DNA from: Acidobacteriota bacterium
GTDB lineage: Bacteria > Acidobacteriota > Vicinamibacteria > Fen-336
Reading direction: 5' to 3'
NCBI GenBank assembly: GCA_011526565.1
Contig: WYBL01000071.1
Span: 5,553-69,552, forward strand
Length of the DNA stretch: 64,000 nucleotides
The translations under genes were made by a program, and so were the position numbers. Position 1 is the stretch's first letter, and the number at the start of each line of letters is the position of its first letter. Shown here piece by piece: positions 27,712-36,819 of this stretch. Below the pieces are notes generated by a model, which was not told the DNA's origin, searched no databases, and saw only the letters and a list, made by a program, of their open reading frames with translations.

Positions 27712-29499
27712 TCAGCCCTCGAGCAGGGCGAAGAGCAGGATCGCGGCGGCGGTGCCGTCGAGGGTCGGCTCGTTGGTCGAGTAGTCCGCGAGGTCGTCGT
27801 GGTAGACGGCTTCGCCCTGGAAGCGGGCGAAGGGGTCAGGGCGGGAGAGGCGGACGCCCTTGAGGGTCTCGAAGACGTCGCGGTAGACGGGGCCGTCGAC
27901 CAGGCCGCCGACGACCGGGCGCTTCGTCAGGCTGGTCGTGCTCAGGTGCACGTCGGTCGGGAACGGGCCGGCGGCCGGGAGGCCGGTGAACATCGACGTG
28001 CCCCACGGGTTGCGGCCGAGCAGCCACTCGACGTGGACGAGGGCCAGCGCGCGCGCCTCGCGGATCCCGGTCATGCGGTCGAGCAGCAGGGCCTGGGTCG
28101 CGAGCGCCGTCGCGAAGTTGTTCGAGCACCAGGCGAACGGCGCGGCCATGCCGTAGGGGTTGCGCGCGGCGCGCCCGGCGGTCGCGGCGAGGCCGGCGCG
28201 GTAGAAGCCCTCGAGCTCGCGGCGCAGGTCGGGCGCCGCGCTCTCGTGCAGCGCGTGGTGCCCGTAGGCGAAGAACGGGTAGTGCTGGTAGTGGCCGGGG
28301 CGGTCGATCGCCCACCAGCCGCCGGCGCCGAACGCGCGGGCGTGGCGCGCGGCGTCCTCGGCGTACGCCGCCTCGCCGGTGACGCGGTGGAGCTCGGCCG
28401 CGCCCCACGCCATGTCGTCGGTCCAGCTCTCCTCCCCGTAGCGGTAGGGCGCGCCGTACGAGTTGCCCTGCTGCACGCCGGGCCGCGCCTGGCCCAGCGC
28501 GTAGACCTCGCGCGCGGCCTGCAGGCAGCGCGCGGCGAAGGCGGGGTCGCGCTCGCGGAAGGCCTCGAACCCGAGCGCCATCGTCGCGGCGTAGCGGCCG
28601 GCGAGGTTGGCGAGGCCGTCGCTCGCGCTCCGGTGCTCGCGCAGGCCCTGGGGCTGGCCGTCGGCGAAGTAGACGACGCGCTCGCGGCCGGGGCCCCAGC
28701 CGTAGTCGACGCGGTCGTCGTGCGGGAGGCGCCAGCCGGCGTGGTCGCGGTCGTCGGCGACCTGGTGGTACAGCTCGTCCGGCGCCGGGTGGAGCTTCAG
28801 CATCCACTCGAGGCCGTGGCGCGCCTCGTCGAGGACGTCGGGGAGGCCGTTGGGCGCCTGGGGCCGGCCGAGGGCGTCGTGGGTGTCGGCGAACGCCGCC
28901 GGCGCGAAGCGGTGCGCGAGGAGGAGGTGCGCGGTCGAGGTCGACGACGTGAGCAGGTACTTGAGCTGGTCGCCGGCGTCGTGCCAGCCGCCGCGGGCGT
29001 CGAGGTACGTGCCCGCGGGGCGGGGGCCGTAGGCGGTGCGGCCGTCGAGCGCGTGGCAGACCTGGTCGAGGAACGGGTTGTAGCCGCAGCGCTGCTGTCG
29101 CACGAACGCGAGCAGCGCGTCGGCGAGGCCGGCGTACGGTCGCTCCTTCACCTCGAACGGGTGCCGCGTCGCCTGGCGGCCGCGGCCGATCACCAGCTCG
29201 TAGCGGCCGACTTCGCGCACCGTGCTCGCGTCGACGAGGTAGTGGCGGGGGATCGAGCCCCAGCGCGCCGGCAGCTCCTCGGGCGCGATCCGCGCCACGC
29301 GCCGCCCCGCCGCGTCCCGCACCTCGACCCGGCCCGCGAGCGGCGCGTCGGCGAGCACCACCAGCCGCCTGGCATCGCCCGGCGCGGACCCGACGAGGCT
29401 CCCGCGCACGACGGGGAGCTCCTCGGCCGAGGCCCCGCCGGCCAGCAGCAGCACGAGCGCGCAACGGAGGGCCCGCATCGGCCGGGATGCTAGCGCCAT
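27712..29499 (-). CDS. glycoside hydrolase family 9 (endoglucanase-like) with N-terminal Ig-like domain
   Basis: 595-aa ORF with a signal peptide (MRALRCALVLLLAGGASA; the start may be ATG 29478). GH9 signature GGWHDAGDQLKY and a C-terminal DDLADYSTNEPTLD motif. Confidence 0.85.
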   Translation of the reverse strand: MALASRPMRALRCALVLLLAGGASAEELPVVRGSLVGSAPGDARRLVVLADAPLAGRVEVRDAAGRRVARIAPEELPARWGSIPRHYLVDASTVREVGRYELVIGRGRQATRHPFEVKERPYAGLADALLAFVRQQRCGYNPFLDQVCHALDGRTAYGPRPAGTYLDARGGWHDAGDQLKYLLTSSTSTAHLLLAHRFAPAAFADTHDALGRPQAPNGLPDVLDEARHGLEWMLKLHPAPDELYHQVADDRDHAGWRLPHDDRVDYGWGPGRERVVYFADGQPQGLREHRSASDGLANLAGRYAATMALGFEAFRERDPAFAARCLQAAREVYALGQARPGVQQGNSYGAPYRYGEESWTDDMAWGAAELHRVTGEAAYAEDAARHARAFGAGGWWAIDRPGHYQHYPFFAYGHHALHESAAPDLRRELEGFYRAGLAATAGRAARNPYGMAAPFAWCSNNFATALATQALLLDRMTGIREARALALVHVEWLLGRNPWGTSMFTGLPAAGPFPTDVHLSTTSLTKRPVVGGLVDGPVYRDVFETLKGVRLSRPDPFARFQGEAVYHDDLADYSTNEPTLDGTAAAILLFALLEG

Positions 29500-29500
29500 C

Positions 29501-30916
29501 TCAGCCGAGGTAGCGGCGCTTCATCTCCTCCGTGATCGGGATGCGCTCGAGCAGGGCGTGGAACTGCGGCTCCGTCATCACGCGCACGCCGAGGGCCTTC
29601 GCCTTCTCGAGCTTCGCGCCCGCCTTTGCGCCCGCCACCAGCACGGTCGTCTTCTTCGTGACGGACGAGGCGTAGACCGCCCCGCGGATCTCGACGCTCA
29701 TCTGGATGCCGACCTGGGTCAGGTTCTCGAAGGTGCCCGAAGACGCGAACACCTGGCCTGCGATCGATTCGCCCATGTCTTCCACCTCCTGCCGCGCGCG
29801 CTGCTGCGCCACCGGGTCCGCTTCCGCCGCCTCCGCGGGCTTTGCCTCCGCGGCTTCCGTGGCGCGCCGCTTCGTCGCGCTCGCCGGCGTCTGCAGGGCC
29901 TCGAGCCGGGTGACGATGCGCGCCGCGTCCGGGCCGCCGGCGCGGTCGAGCGCCGCCTTCAGGTCGCGGGCGCGGGGCTTCGCGCCGCGGGCGAGCAGCG
30001 CTTCCACGCAGGCGAGCGAGCCGGCGACGGCCGCCGCGAGCAGCGGGTGGGGCGAGCCGGCGGCGCTGCGATTCGGATCGGCTCCGGCCGCGAGCAGCGT
30101 CTCCAGGATCGGGAGGTCGCTGCGCGCGGCGGCGCGGGCGAGCGGCGCGTCGCCCCCGCCGCCGTCGTCCGGATCGGCGCCGGCCGCGAGCAGGTGCCGC
30201 GCCAGCTCGTGGGCGCCCGCGCTGACCGCCAGCGCCAGCACCGGGGTGCCGTTGCCCGTGCGGGCGCGGGCGAGCGCCGGGTCGCGCCCGATCTCCGCGA
30301 TCGCCGCCTCCTCGTGGCGGGCGCGGTCCGCGTCGGCGAGCGCCTTCGGCGCCGGCGTCACCCGCGCGCGCTCGAACTGGCGCGCCTGCTCCTCGCGCAG
30401 CCGCTGGCGGTACTCCGGGCTGCGCGGCTGCTCGCGCGCGACGAAGGCGTCGAGTGCCGCGCGTTCGGCGTCCGACAGCCAGCCGGGATCGGCGCCGCCG
30501 GCCAGCATCGCGTCGACCACGTCCCAGCGCCCGTTCTTCACCGCGTCGCGGAAGTGGGGGCGGTACTTCGCGACCGGCGCTCCGGCACTCAGGACGTACT
30601 CGACGACGTCGAGCTTGCGGTTGGCGATGGGGAAGGCGAGCAGCGGAAAAACGGAGGTCGCGGGGTCGAGGCTGGCGCCGCGCTCGACCAGCAGCTTCAC
30701 CACCTCCAGGTGGCCGCGGCCGGCGGCGGCGGCGAGCGGCGACGCGAAGCCGATCGTGCGCTCCTCGATCGCGGCGCCGCCGTCGAGGAAGGCGCGGACC
30801 GCCTCCACGTCGCCGCGCACCGCGGCGTCGGTCAGGTTGACGGGCGGCAGCGGGCGCGCCGCCGCGTCCTCCGTCAGCGCGGTGAGCGCCGCGATCAGTC
30901 GATCCGGCTTTCCCAC
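29501..30916 (-). CDS. ankyrin-repeat protein with C-terminal BRCT domain
   Basis: Several ANK repeats (LTDAAVRGDVEAVRAFLDGGA..., GNGTPVLALAVSAGAHELARHLLAAGADP...). The C-terminus IAGQVFASSGTFENLTQVGIQMSVEIRGAVYASSVTKKTTVLVAGAKAGAKLEKAKALGVRVMTEPQFHALL closely resembles the LigA BRCT domain. The only in-frame start near the first repeat is GTG 30916, which overlaps the upstream gene by 22 nt. Confidence 0.65.
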   Translation of the reverse strand: MGKPDRLIAALTALTEDAAARPLPPVNLTDAAVRGDVEAVRAFLDGGAAIEERTIGFASPLAAAAGRGHLEVVKLLVERGASLDPATSVFPLLAFPIANRKLDVVEYVLSAGAPVAKYRPHFRDAVKNGRWDVVDAMLAGGADPGWLSDAERAALDAFVAREQPRSPEYRQRLREEQARQFERARVTPAPKALADADRARHEEAAIAEIGRDPALARARTGNGTPVLALAVSAGAHELARHLLAAGADPDDGGGGDAPLARAAARSDLPILETLLAAGADPNRSAAGSPHPLLAAAVAGSLACVEALLARGAKPRARDLKAALDRAGGPDAARIVTRLEALQTPASATKRRATEAAEAKPAEAAEADPVAQQRARQEVEDMGESIAGQVFASSGTFENLTQVGIQMSVEIRGAVYASSVTKKTTVLVAGAKAGAKLEKAKALGVRVMTEPQFHALLERIPITEEMKRRYLG

Positions 30917-31959
30917 AACGCGGGCCGCGAGGCGACGAGGTACTGCGACTCGCGCGGCGTCAGCTCGTCGGTGGTCGCGAACTGGGTGACGTCGCCCGCG
31001 ATGCGGAGCACGCCGTCGCGGACCTCGACGGCCGTCGCCGACGAGGCGTTCCACGGCGCGGGCACCAGCGCGTGCAGGTCGACGAAGGACGCGGCGTCGC
31101 CGCGCCACAGGGCCGCCTTCGTCGCCATGCTGCCGGAGCCGCTGCGCAGCGTGTCCTTCACCTGCACGAGGCCCACCTGGAACCCGCGCGCGCAGCCGCG
31201 GGCGTTGCCCGAGGCGTGCCCCTTCGGGGTGAGATCGACGAACGATTCCACCGAACCGCGCCACAGCGCTGGAGCGCTGCCGCGCCCCGTCCACCTCACG
31301 CCGACCTGTTCGCCGTCGGCGACGGCCGTCGCCTCCGACAGCGAGCGCTCGTCGCCGAGCACGATCACGCGCGAGCCGTCGGCAGGCCACAACGCCGCGC
31401 GCTGCCCGCCGGTGGCGCCCACGGTGCCGACCACCCAGGCGCCGTCGGTGCCCTGCGCCGAGCCCTCCCCGCCAACCTCGGCGGGCGGCAGTTCCACCAG
31501 CGTCCCGTCGGCCTTCCAGAAGAGCGCGACGTCGCGCGAGCGCTCGCCCTTCTTCGCCTTCGGCACGCCGCAGCCGGCACAGGCGCCACCGCCCGCGCCC
31601 ATCGCGATCGTGTTCTCCCAGCTCTTGCCGGGCGGGTGCAGGTCGACCACCTCCAGCGCATCGCCCGCCCGGCGCCAGCCGACGGCGCCGCCGAAGCCCC
31701 CGCCGCTGCGGTTCCAGAAGCCGGCGATGGCGTCGCCCGTCGCATAACGCGCGGCGACCCGCTTCTGCGTCGGGTGGGTGATCGGCTGCGGCTGCCCGCC
31801 CGGCCACCAGTGGGGGACCGGGGCGCCGCCGTTGCGGCCTTCGGTCTCGCCCACGACGTGGCCGCCGCACAGGCCCATCACGCGGGCGAACGCCATCCGC
31901 TTCGGCAGCGGCAGGACCGTCACGGTCCACCGCGTGGGATCGTCGAACGCAGCCGGCAT
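30895..31959 (-). CDS. hypothetical repeat protein (HAF-like repeats), no signal peptide
   Basis: 354-aa ORF with a recurring motif: AALW..DG/GS...V.L (DVALFWKADGTLVEL, RAALWPADGSRVIVL, APALWRGSVESFVDL, KAALWRGDAASFVDL). This is reminiscent of HAF-family extracellular repeats. Confidence 0.55.
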   Translation of the reverse strand: MPAAFDDPTRWTVTVLPLPKRMAFARVMGLCGGHVVGETEGRNGGAPVPHWWPGGQPQPITHPTQKRVAARYATGDAIAGFWNRSGGGFGGAVGWRRAGDALEVVDLHPPGKSWENTIAMGAGGGACAGCGVPKAKKGERSRDVALFWKADGTLVELPPAEVGGEGSAQGTDGAWVVGTVGATGGQRAALWPADGSRVIVLGDERSLSEATAVADGEQVGVRWTGRGSAPALWRGSVESFVDLTPKGHASGNARGCARGFQVGLVQVKDTLRSGSGSMATKAALWRGDAASFVDLHALVPAPWNASSATAVEVRDGVLRIAGDVTQFATTDELTPRESQYLVASRPALWESRID

Positions 31960-32027
31960 CTTGTCCTCCGGGGGAGCGCCGGAACTCTACCGCACCCGCG
32001 CCTCGCCGGCTGATCGAAAGGCTGGCG

Positions 32028-34148
32028 CTACAGGCGGGAGCGGAGGACGACCGCCGAGTGGGGCGCGACCGCGACCATGCGGGCGGTGACCGGCGGCTCG
32101 TGGCCGGGCTCGGCGATGTCGTCGGGGCTCGGCCGCGAGGTGTCGACCACCCGCACCCAGCGGGTGCCGGGCGCGGGCCTCGGGAGCTCGAACCGCAGGG
32201 GCGACGTCCAGGCGTTGAAGGCGACGTAGACGTCGTCGTCGGGCGTCGGCGCGTGTTCGCCGGCGAGGTGCATCGCCAGCGAGCGCGAGTGGTGCGAGAA
32301 GTCGGGCGCGTCCGCCTTCACGCCGTGCCACGAGACGTCGGCCCGCGGCGAGCGCGTCGTGCCCTGGCCCGTGAAGAACTCGCTGCGCCGCAGCGCGGGG
32401 TGGTCGCGGCGGAAGGCGATCAGCAGCCGCGCGAAGCGGAACAGGTCGGCGTGCGCCTCGAGCAGCCCCCAGTCCAGCCACGACAGCTCCGAGTCGTGAC
32501 AGTAGGCGTTGTTGTTGCCACGCTGGGTGCGGCCCAGCTCGTCGCCCGCGAGCAGCATCGGCGTGCCCTGGGCGACGAACAGCGTGACCAGGAAGTTGCG
32601 GACCTGGCGCCGCCGCAGCGCGAGCACCGCGGGGTCGTCGGTCTCGCCTTCGGCGCCGCAGTTCCACGACAGGTCGTCGGCGGTGCCGTCGCGGTTCTGC
32701 TCGCCGTTGGCCTCGTTGCGCTTGCGGTCGTAGGAGACCAGGTCGCGCAGCGTGAGGCCGTCGTGGCAGGTGACGAAGTTGATCGAGTGGTACGGCCTGC
32801 GGCCCGAGGCCTGATACAGGTCGGCGCTGCCGGCGAGGCGCGAGGCGAGTGCCGGCACCATCCCGAGGTCGCCGCGCCAGAAGCGGCGCACGTCGTCGCG
32901 GAACGGGCCGTTCCACTCGCTCCAGCGGCCCCAGGCGGGGAAGCTGCCGACCTGGTAGAGCCCGGCCGCGTCCCACGCCTCGGCGATCAGCGTGCAGTCC
33001 GCCATCACCGGGTCCTCGGCGATGCGCTCGACGAGCGGCGGCTCCGGCAGCACGCGCCCGTCGCGGCCGCGCGAGAGCACCGCGGCGAGGTCGAAGCGGA
33101 AGCCGTCGACGCCCATCTCGCCGGCCCAGTAGCGCAGCGCCTCGTGGACCAGCTCCCGGACGACGGGGTGGTTGCAGTTGAGGGTGTTGCCGCAGCCGGT
33201 GAAGTCGAGGTACTTCCCGGTCTGCGGGTCGAGCATGTAGTAGAGCGCGTTGTCGATGCCGCGGAACGAGAACGTGCGGTCGCGCGGCAGCCCGCCGCCT
33301 TCGGCCGTGTGGTTGAAGACGACGTCGAGCACCACCTCGAGGCCCGCGCGGTGCAGCTCGCGCACCATCTCCTTGAACTCCGCGACCTGGGCGCCGCGGC
33401 GCTGGTCGGCCGCGTAGCCCGCGTGCGGCGCGAAGAAGCCGATCGGGTTGTAGCCCCAGAAGTTGGTCAGCGTGCCGCGCAGCGCGGGGTCGATGTCGGG
33501 GTTGACCGCGTCGTCCTTCTCGTAGACGGGCAGCAGCTCGACCGTGGTCACCCCGAGCTGCTTCAGGTACGGGATCTTCTCGACCAGGCTGCGGTAGGTG
33601 CCGGGCGCCTGCACGCCGGACGAGGGGTGGCGGGTGAAGCCGCGCACGTGCATCTCGTAGACGACCTTGTCGGCGGGCGCCACCCGCGGCGGCCGCACGA
33701 GCTGCCAGTCGAAGTCGTTGCCGACGTGGACCCCGCGTTTCTCGATCCTGCCGCCGAGCGCGACGCCGTGGATCGCCCGCGCGTACGGGTCGAGCAGCAC
33801 CTGCGCGGGGTCGTAGCGGTGGAAGCGGTCGCGCGGCGCGGGGCGGCGGTCGAAGCGCCAGCCGTACTCGAAGTCGGGCTCGAGCCCGGAGAGACAGACG
33901 TGCCACACGTCGCCGGTGCGGAAGTGCGGCCCCTCGAGCGGCAGCTCGAGGAAGGGCTCGGCGTCGCCCGCCCCGTAGAGCACGAGCGTCGCGGCGGTCG
34001 CGTGGCGCGAGACGATCGCGAAGTTGTGGCCGTGGTGGGTGAGCGTGAGGCCGAGCGGCAGCGGCTTGCCGGGCCGGATCGCGAAGTCCGGGCGAGTGCG
34101 CACGGCCAGCCGCACCTGCGGGTTGCTGATCAGCCGGCTGGGCGCCAT
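32028..34148 (-). CDS. glgX: glycogen debranching enzyme GlgX (GH13)
   Basis: 706-aa ORF. Typical GlgX N-terminus (GKPLPLGLTLTHHGHNFAIVSRHA), then GH13 blocks VVLDVVFNHT, GFRFDLA and EAWD. Confidence 0.9.
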   Translation of the reverse strand: MAPSRLISNPQVRLAVRTRPDFAIRPGKPLPLGLTLTHHGHNFAIVSRHATAATLVLYGAGDAEPFLELPLEGPHFRTGDVWHVCLSGLEPDFEYGWRFDRRPAPRDRFHRYDPAQVLLDPYARAIHGVALGGRIEKRGVHVGNDFDWQLVRPPRVAPADKVVYEMHVRGFTRHPSSGVQAPGTYRSLVEKIPYLKQLGVTTVELLPVYEKDDAVNPDIDPALRGTLTNFWGYNPIGFFAPHAGYAADQRRGAQVAEFKEMVRELHRAGLEVVLDVVFNHTAEGGGLPRDRTFSFRGIDNALYYMLDPQTGKYLDFTGCGNTLNCNHPVVRELVHEALRYWAGEMGVDGFRFDLAAVLSRGRDGRVLPEPPLVERIAEDPVMADCTLIAEAWDAAGLYQVGSFPAWGRWSEWNGPFRDDVRRFWRGDLGMVPALASRLAGSADLYQASGRRPYHSINFVTCHDGLTLRDLVSYDRKRNEANGEQNRDGTADDLSWNCGAEGETDDPAVLALRRRQVRNFLVTLFVAQGTPMLLAGDELGRTQRGNNNAYCHDSELSWLDWGLLEAHADLFRFARLLIAFRRDHPALRRSEFFTGQGTTRSPRADVSWHGVKADAPDFSHHSRSLAMHLAGEHAPTPDDDVYVAFNAWTSPLRFELPRPAPGTRWVRVVDTSRPSPDDIAEPGHEPPVTARMVAVAPHSAVVLRSRL

Positions 34149-34208
34149 CGGTGGGCGAGTGTAGCGCCAGGCACGGCGCGGGCGCAGAATCGGACGAGGA
34201 GGTGTCCC

Positions 34209-34388
34209 GTGAGCGACACCTGTCCGGAGTGCGGCGAGCCGATGGAGCGGGCCGACGACTTCTGGTACTGCGACAACCCCGAGTGCCCGCGCGGGCGGGC
34301 CGCGGGACGCGAGAAGGCCGGGCGGCCGGGGGCGCTGCCCTCGCCGCCCGGTCCGCCGCGCGAGCCAGCGCGGCGCGAGGGCCGCTGA
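34209..34388 (+). CDS. small zinc-ribbon protein (59 aa), hypothetical
   Basis: GTG 34209 lies 6 nt after GAGGAGG (34196-34202). CPECGEPMERADDFWYCDNPECPRG has a CxxC...CxxxxC pattern. It sits in a 250-nt gap between two minus-strand genes. Confidence 0.35.
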   Translation: MSDTCPECGEPMERADDFWYCDNPECPRGRAAGREKAGRPGALPSPPGPPREPARREGR

Positions 34389-34401
34389 CGCGAGGATCCC
34401 G

Positions 34402-35184
34402 CTACTGCTTCGCGCGGCCGAGCACGTCGAGCGCCTTCTCGCCGAAGTACTTGACGACGAGCCGGCTCCACGTCGCGCTCTTGCGCACGTTGGCGAGATA
34501 GTCGTCGAGCGCGGCCTTCAGCGCGGGGCTGCCCTTGCGCACGGCCCACGACGAGGTGCCGGGGGCGCCGACGAAGACGCCGCCCTCGAGCTCGGGGTTG
34601 CGCTTCGCGACCAGCGTGAAGTCCGAGATCGACATCACGGTCGCGTCGGCCTTGCCGCCCTTGATCGCGGCCACCACCGCTTCCGACGTGGGCAGGCTGA
34701 GCGCCGGCTGGACGCCGGCCTCGATCGCGACGGTCGCCCACGAGCTGCCCTCCAGCAGCGCCACCTTCGCGGCGCGCAGCGCGTCGAGCGTCGCGATCGG
34801 CTTGCCCTTGAGCGACACCGCGAGGTGGCGCGTCGGCAGCACCTCGGCGGTGAAGGCCGCGGCGCGGCGCCGGGCGTCGGTCTCGACGATCCCGACCACG
34901 ACGTCGCCTGCGCCACGGTTGAGCGTCTCGATGCGCTCTTCCGAGCCGCGCACCGGCACCATCACCACCTTCAATCCGTGCAGCTTGGCGAAGCCCTCGA
35001 CCAGCTCGCGGTGGAAGCCGGGGTTGGGCCCGGGCTCGGCCGCGGTGGAGACCAGTTCCGGCTGGTCGTCGGCCATGCACACGACCTTGAGCGTGCCGGC
35101 CTGCTTGAGCGCGTCGAGATCCTGGGCCGCGGCGGACGACGCGAGGCCGGCCGCCAGGGCGAAGGCGAAGGCGAGGTGGCGCAT
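34402..35184 (-). CDS. periplasmic family-3 solute-binding protein (amino-acid-binding type)
   Basis: 260-aa ORF with signal peptide MRHLAFAFALAAGLASSAAAQD and SBP_bac_3-like architecture. It is divergent from the PAS kinase gene. Confidence 0.75.
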   Translation of the reverse strand: MRHLAFAFALAAGLASSAAAQDLDALKQAGTLKVVCMADDQPELVSTAAEPGPNPGFHRELVEGFAKLHGLKVVMVPVRGSEERIETLNRGAGDVVVGIVETDARRRAAAFTAEVLPTRHLAVSLKGKPIATLDALRAAKVALLEGSSWATVAIEAGVQPALSLPTSEAVVAAIKGGKADATVMSISDFTLVAKRNPELEGGVFVGAPGTSSWAVRKGSPALKAALDDYLANVRKSATWSRLVVKYFGEKALDVLGRAKQ

Positions 35185-35293
35185 GGACCCTCCGGTTGGA
35201 GGGGAGTGTACTCCCGGCTGCTCACCGGCTGCGCGCCGCCCCGCTCAGCAGGTGCGCGCCGGAGCCCCCGGAGGCCGGTGAAAAGGGCTTCCA

Positions 35294-36772
35294 GTGCCTG
35301 GCCCGGCACGTGCATGGACCGCAGCGCGAGATCCCGTGCTCGACCGCGACGAACGCGACGAACTGGAACGGCTGCGGCTGGCCCTCGAAGGCAGCGGGGA
35401 CGGAGTCTGGGAGTGGGAGATCGACTCCGAGCGCCAGTACCTCTCGCCACGCTGGCACGAGATCCTCGGCTACGCGCCCGGCGAGTTCCCCGACGACATC
35501 GCCAGCTACGTCGCGGCGATCCACCCCGCGGACTGGCCGCGGGTGAGAGCGGCCGTCGATGCCCACTTCGCCGAAGGGCGCCGCTACGACGTCGAGTTCC
35601 GCCTGCGCACGAAGTCCGCCGCCTGGAAGTGGGTGCGCTCGCGCGGGCGAGTCGTTCCCGGAGCCGGAGCCCACCCGCGGCGCATCGTCGGCGTGATCAC
35701 CGACATCGACGAGCGCAAGCAGCTCGAGGCCGCCCTCGTGCACGAGCGCGCCAAGCTCGAGGCGCTGTTCGTGCACATGCCGAGCCCCGCCTTCGTCAAG
35801 GACCTGGAGGGCCGCTACACCTACGTCAACCCGGCGCTGTGCCGCTGCTTCGGTCACGGCGCCGAGCGCTGGCTGGGGCGCCGCGACGCCGACCTGCTCC
35901 CCGCCGAAGATGCCGGCTGCCTCGCCCGCCTGGACGCCGAGGTGCTGCGCACGGGCGAAGCGCATGCCGGGCCGGTGTCGTTTTCGTTCGAGGGCCGCAG
36001 CCGCGAGTTCCAGGTCGTCCTGTTCCCGCTGCGCGACGCTTCCCATGCCACCTTCGCGCTGGCGGGCGTCGCCACCGAGGTCACCGAACTGCGCGAAACC
36101 CAGCGGCTGGCGGGGCTGGGGCGACTGCTGGGCGACTTCGCGCACGAGCTCCGCAGCCCGCTCTTCGCCTTGTCCGCCAACCTCGACCTGCTGCGGCTTC
36201 AGACGGGGGACGGCGGCTGTCCGGATCTGGACGCCTCGCTCTCGGCCGTCGAGGCGGAGAGCCGCCGGCTGATCGCGATGACCGAGTCGCTGATCGCCTA
36301 CGGTGCGCCGACGGTGCCGGCGGACGTGGCGCCGCTCGAGCCGGTGCTGGAGGGCGCGATCTCCGCGCTCGCCCCGCGGCTGGCGGAGCGCGGCCAGCGC
36401 GTGGTGCGATTGCCGGGCCCGCCCTTGCGGGTGCGGATGGAGCCGGCGCGCCTCCACCTCGCCTTCCAGCGCCTGCTCGAGAACGCGAGCCAGCACGCGC
36501 CGGAAGGCAGCGGGATCTGCGTGAGCCTCCGCCGCGAGGCGGTGCCGCCCCCGGCGCGGGCCGTGGTCGAGATCGCGGACCGCGGGCCGGGGTTCCCGCC
36601 ACAGGCGCTGCCGCGCCTGTTCCACCCCTTCTTCAGCCTGCGCCGCGACGGCCTCGGGCTCGGCCTGGCCACCGTGCGCCGCATCGTCGAGGCGCACGGC
36701 GGCCGCGCCTCGCTCGAGAATCGCCACGACGGCGGCGCCCTGGCGACGGTCACGCTGCCGGTCGCCCGCTGA
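35294..36772 (+). CDS. PAS-domain sensor histidine kinase (soluble)
   Basis: Two PAS-like modules (GVWEWEIDSERQYLSPRWHEILGY...), H-box FAHELRSPL, and an ATPase domain (LENASQHAP, DRGPGF, GLGLGLA). The start is GTG 35294 or GTG 35336. Confidence 0.8.
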   Translation: MPGPARAWTAARDPVLDRDERDELERLRLALEGSGDGVWEWEIDSERQYLSPRWHEILGYAPGEFPDDIASYVAAIHPADWPRVRAAVDAHFAEGRRYDVEFRLRTKSAAWKWVRSRGRVVPGAGAHPRRIVGVITDIDERKQLEAALVHERAKLEALFVHMPSPAFVKDLEGRYTYVNPALCRCFGHGAERWLGRRDADLLPAEDAGCLARLDAEVLRTGEAHAGPVSFSFEGRSREFQVVLFPLRDASHATFALAGVATEVTELRETQRLAGLGRLLGDFAHELRSPLFALSANLDLLRLQTGDGGCPDLDASLSAVEAESRRLIAMTESLIAYGAPTVPADVAPLEPVLEGAISALAPRLAERGQRVVRLPGPPLRVRMEPARLHLAFQRLLENASQHAPEGSGICVSLRREAVPPPARAVVEIADRGPGFPPQALPRLFHPFFSLRRDGLGLGLATVRRIVEAHGGRASLENRHDGGALATVTLPVAR

Positions 36773-36819
36773 CCCCGGCTCCGCGCGGGGCGGGCTTGCG
36801 GTACGCTTCCACACCTCCA

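Noticed and set aside
35202-35215. Palindrome GGGAGT-gt-ACTCCC 18 nt upstream of the SBP3 gene start.
   Set aside because: It has only 6-bp arms, overlaps the likely ribosome-binding region, and has no second copy. That is too weak to call a regulatory site.
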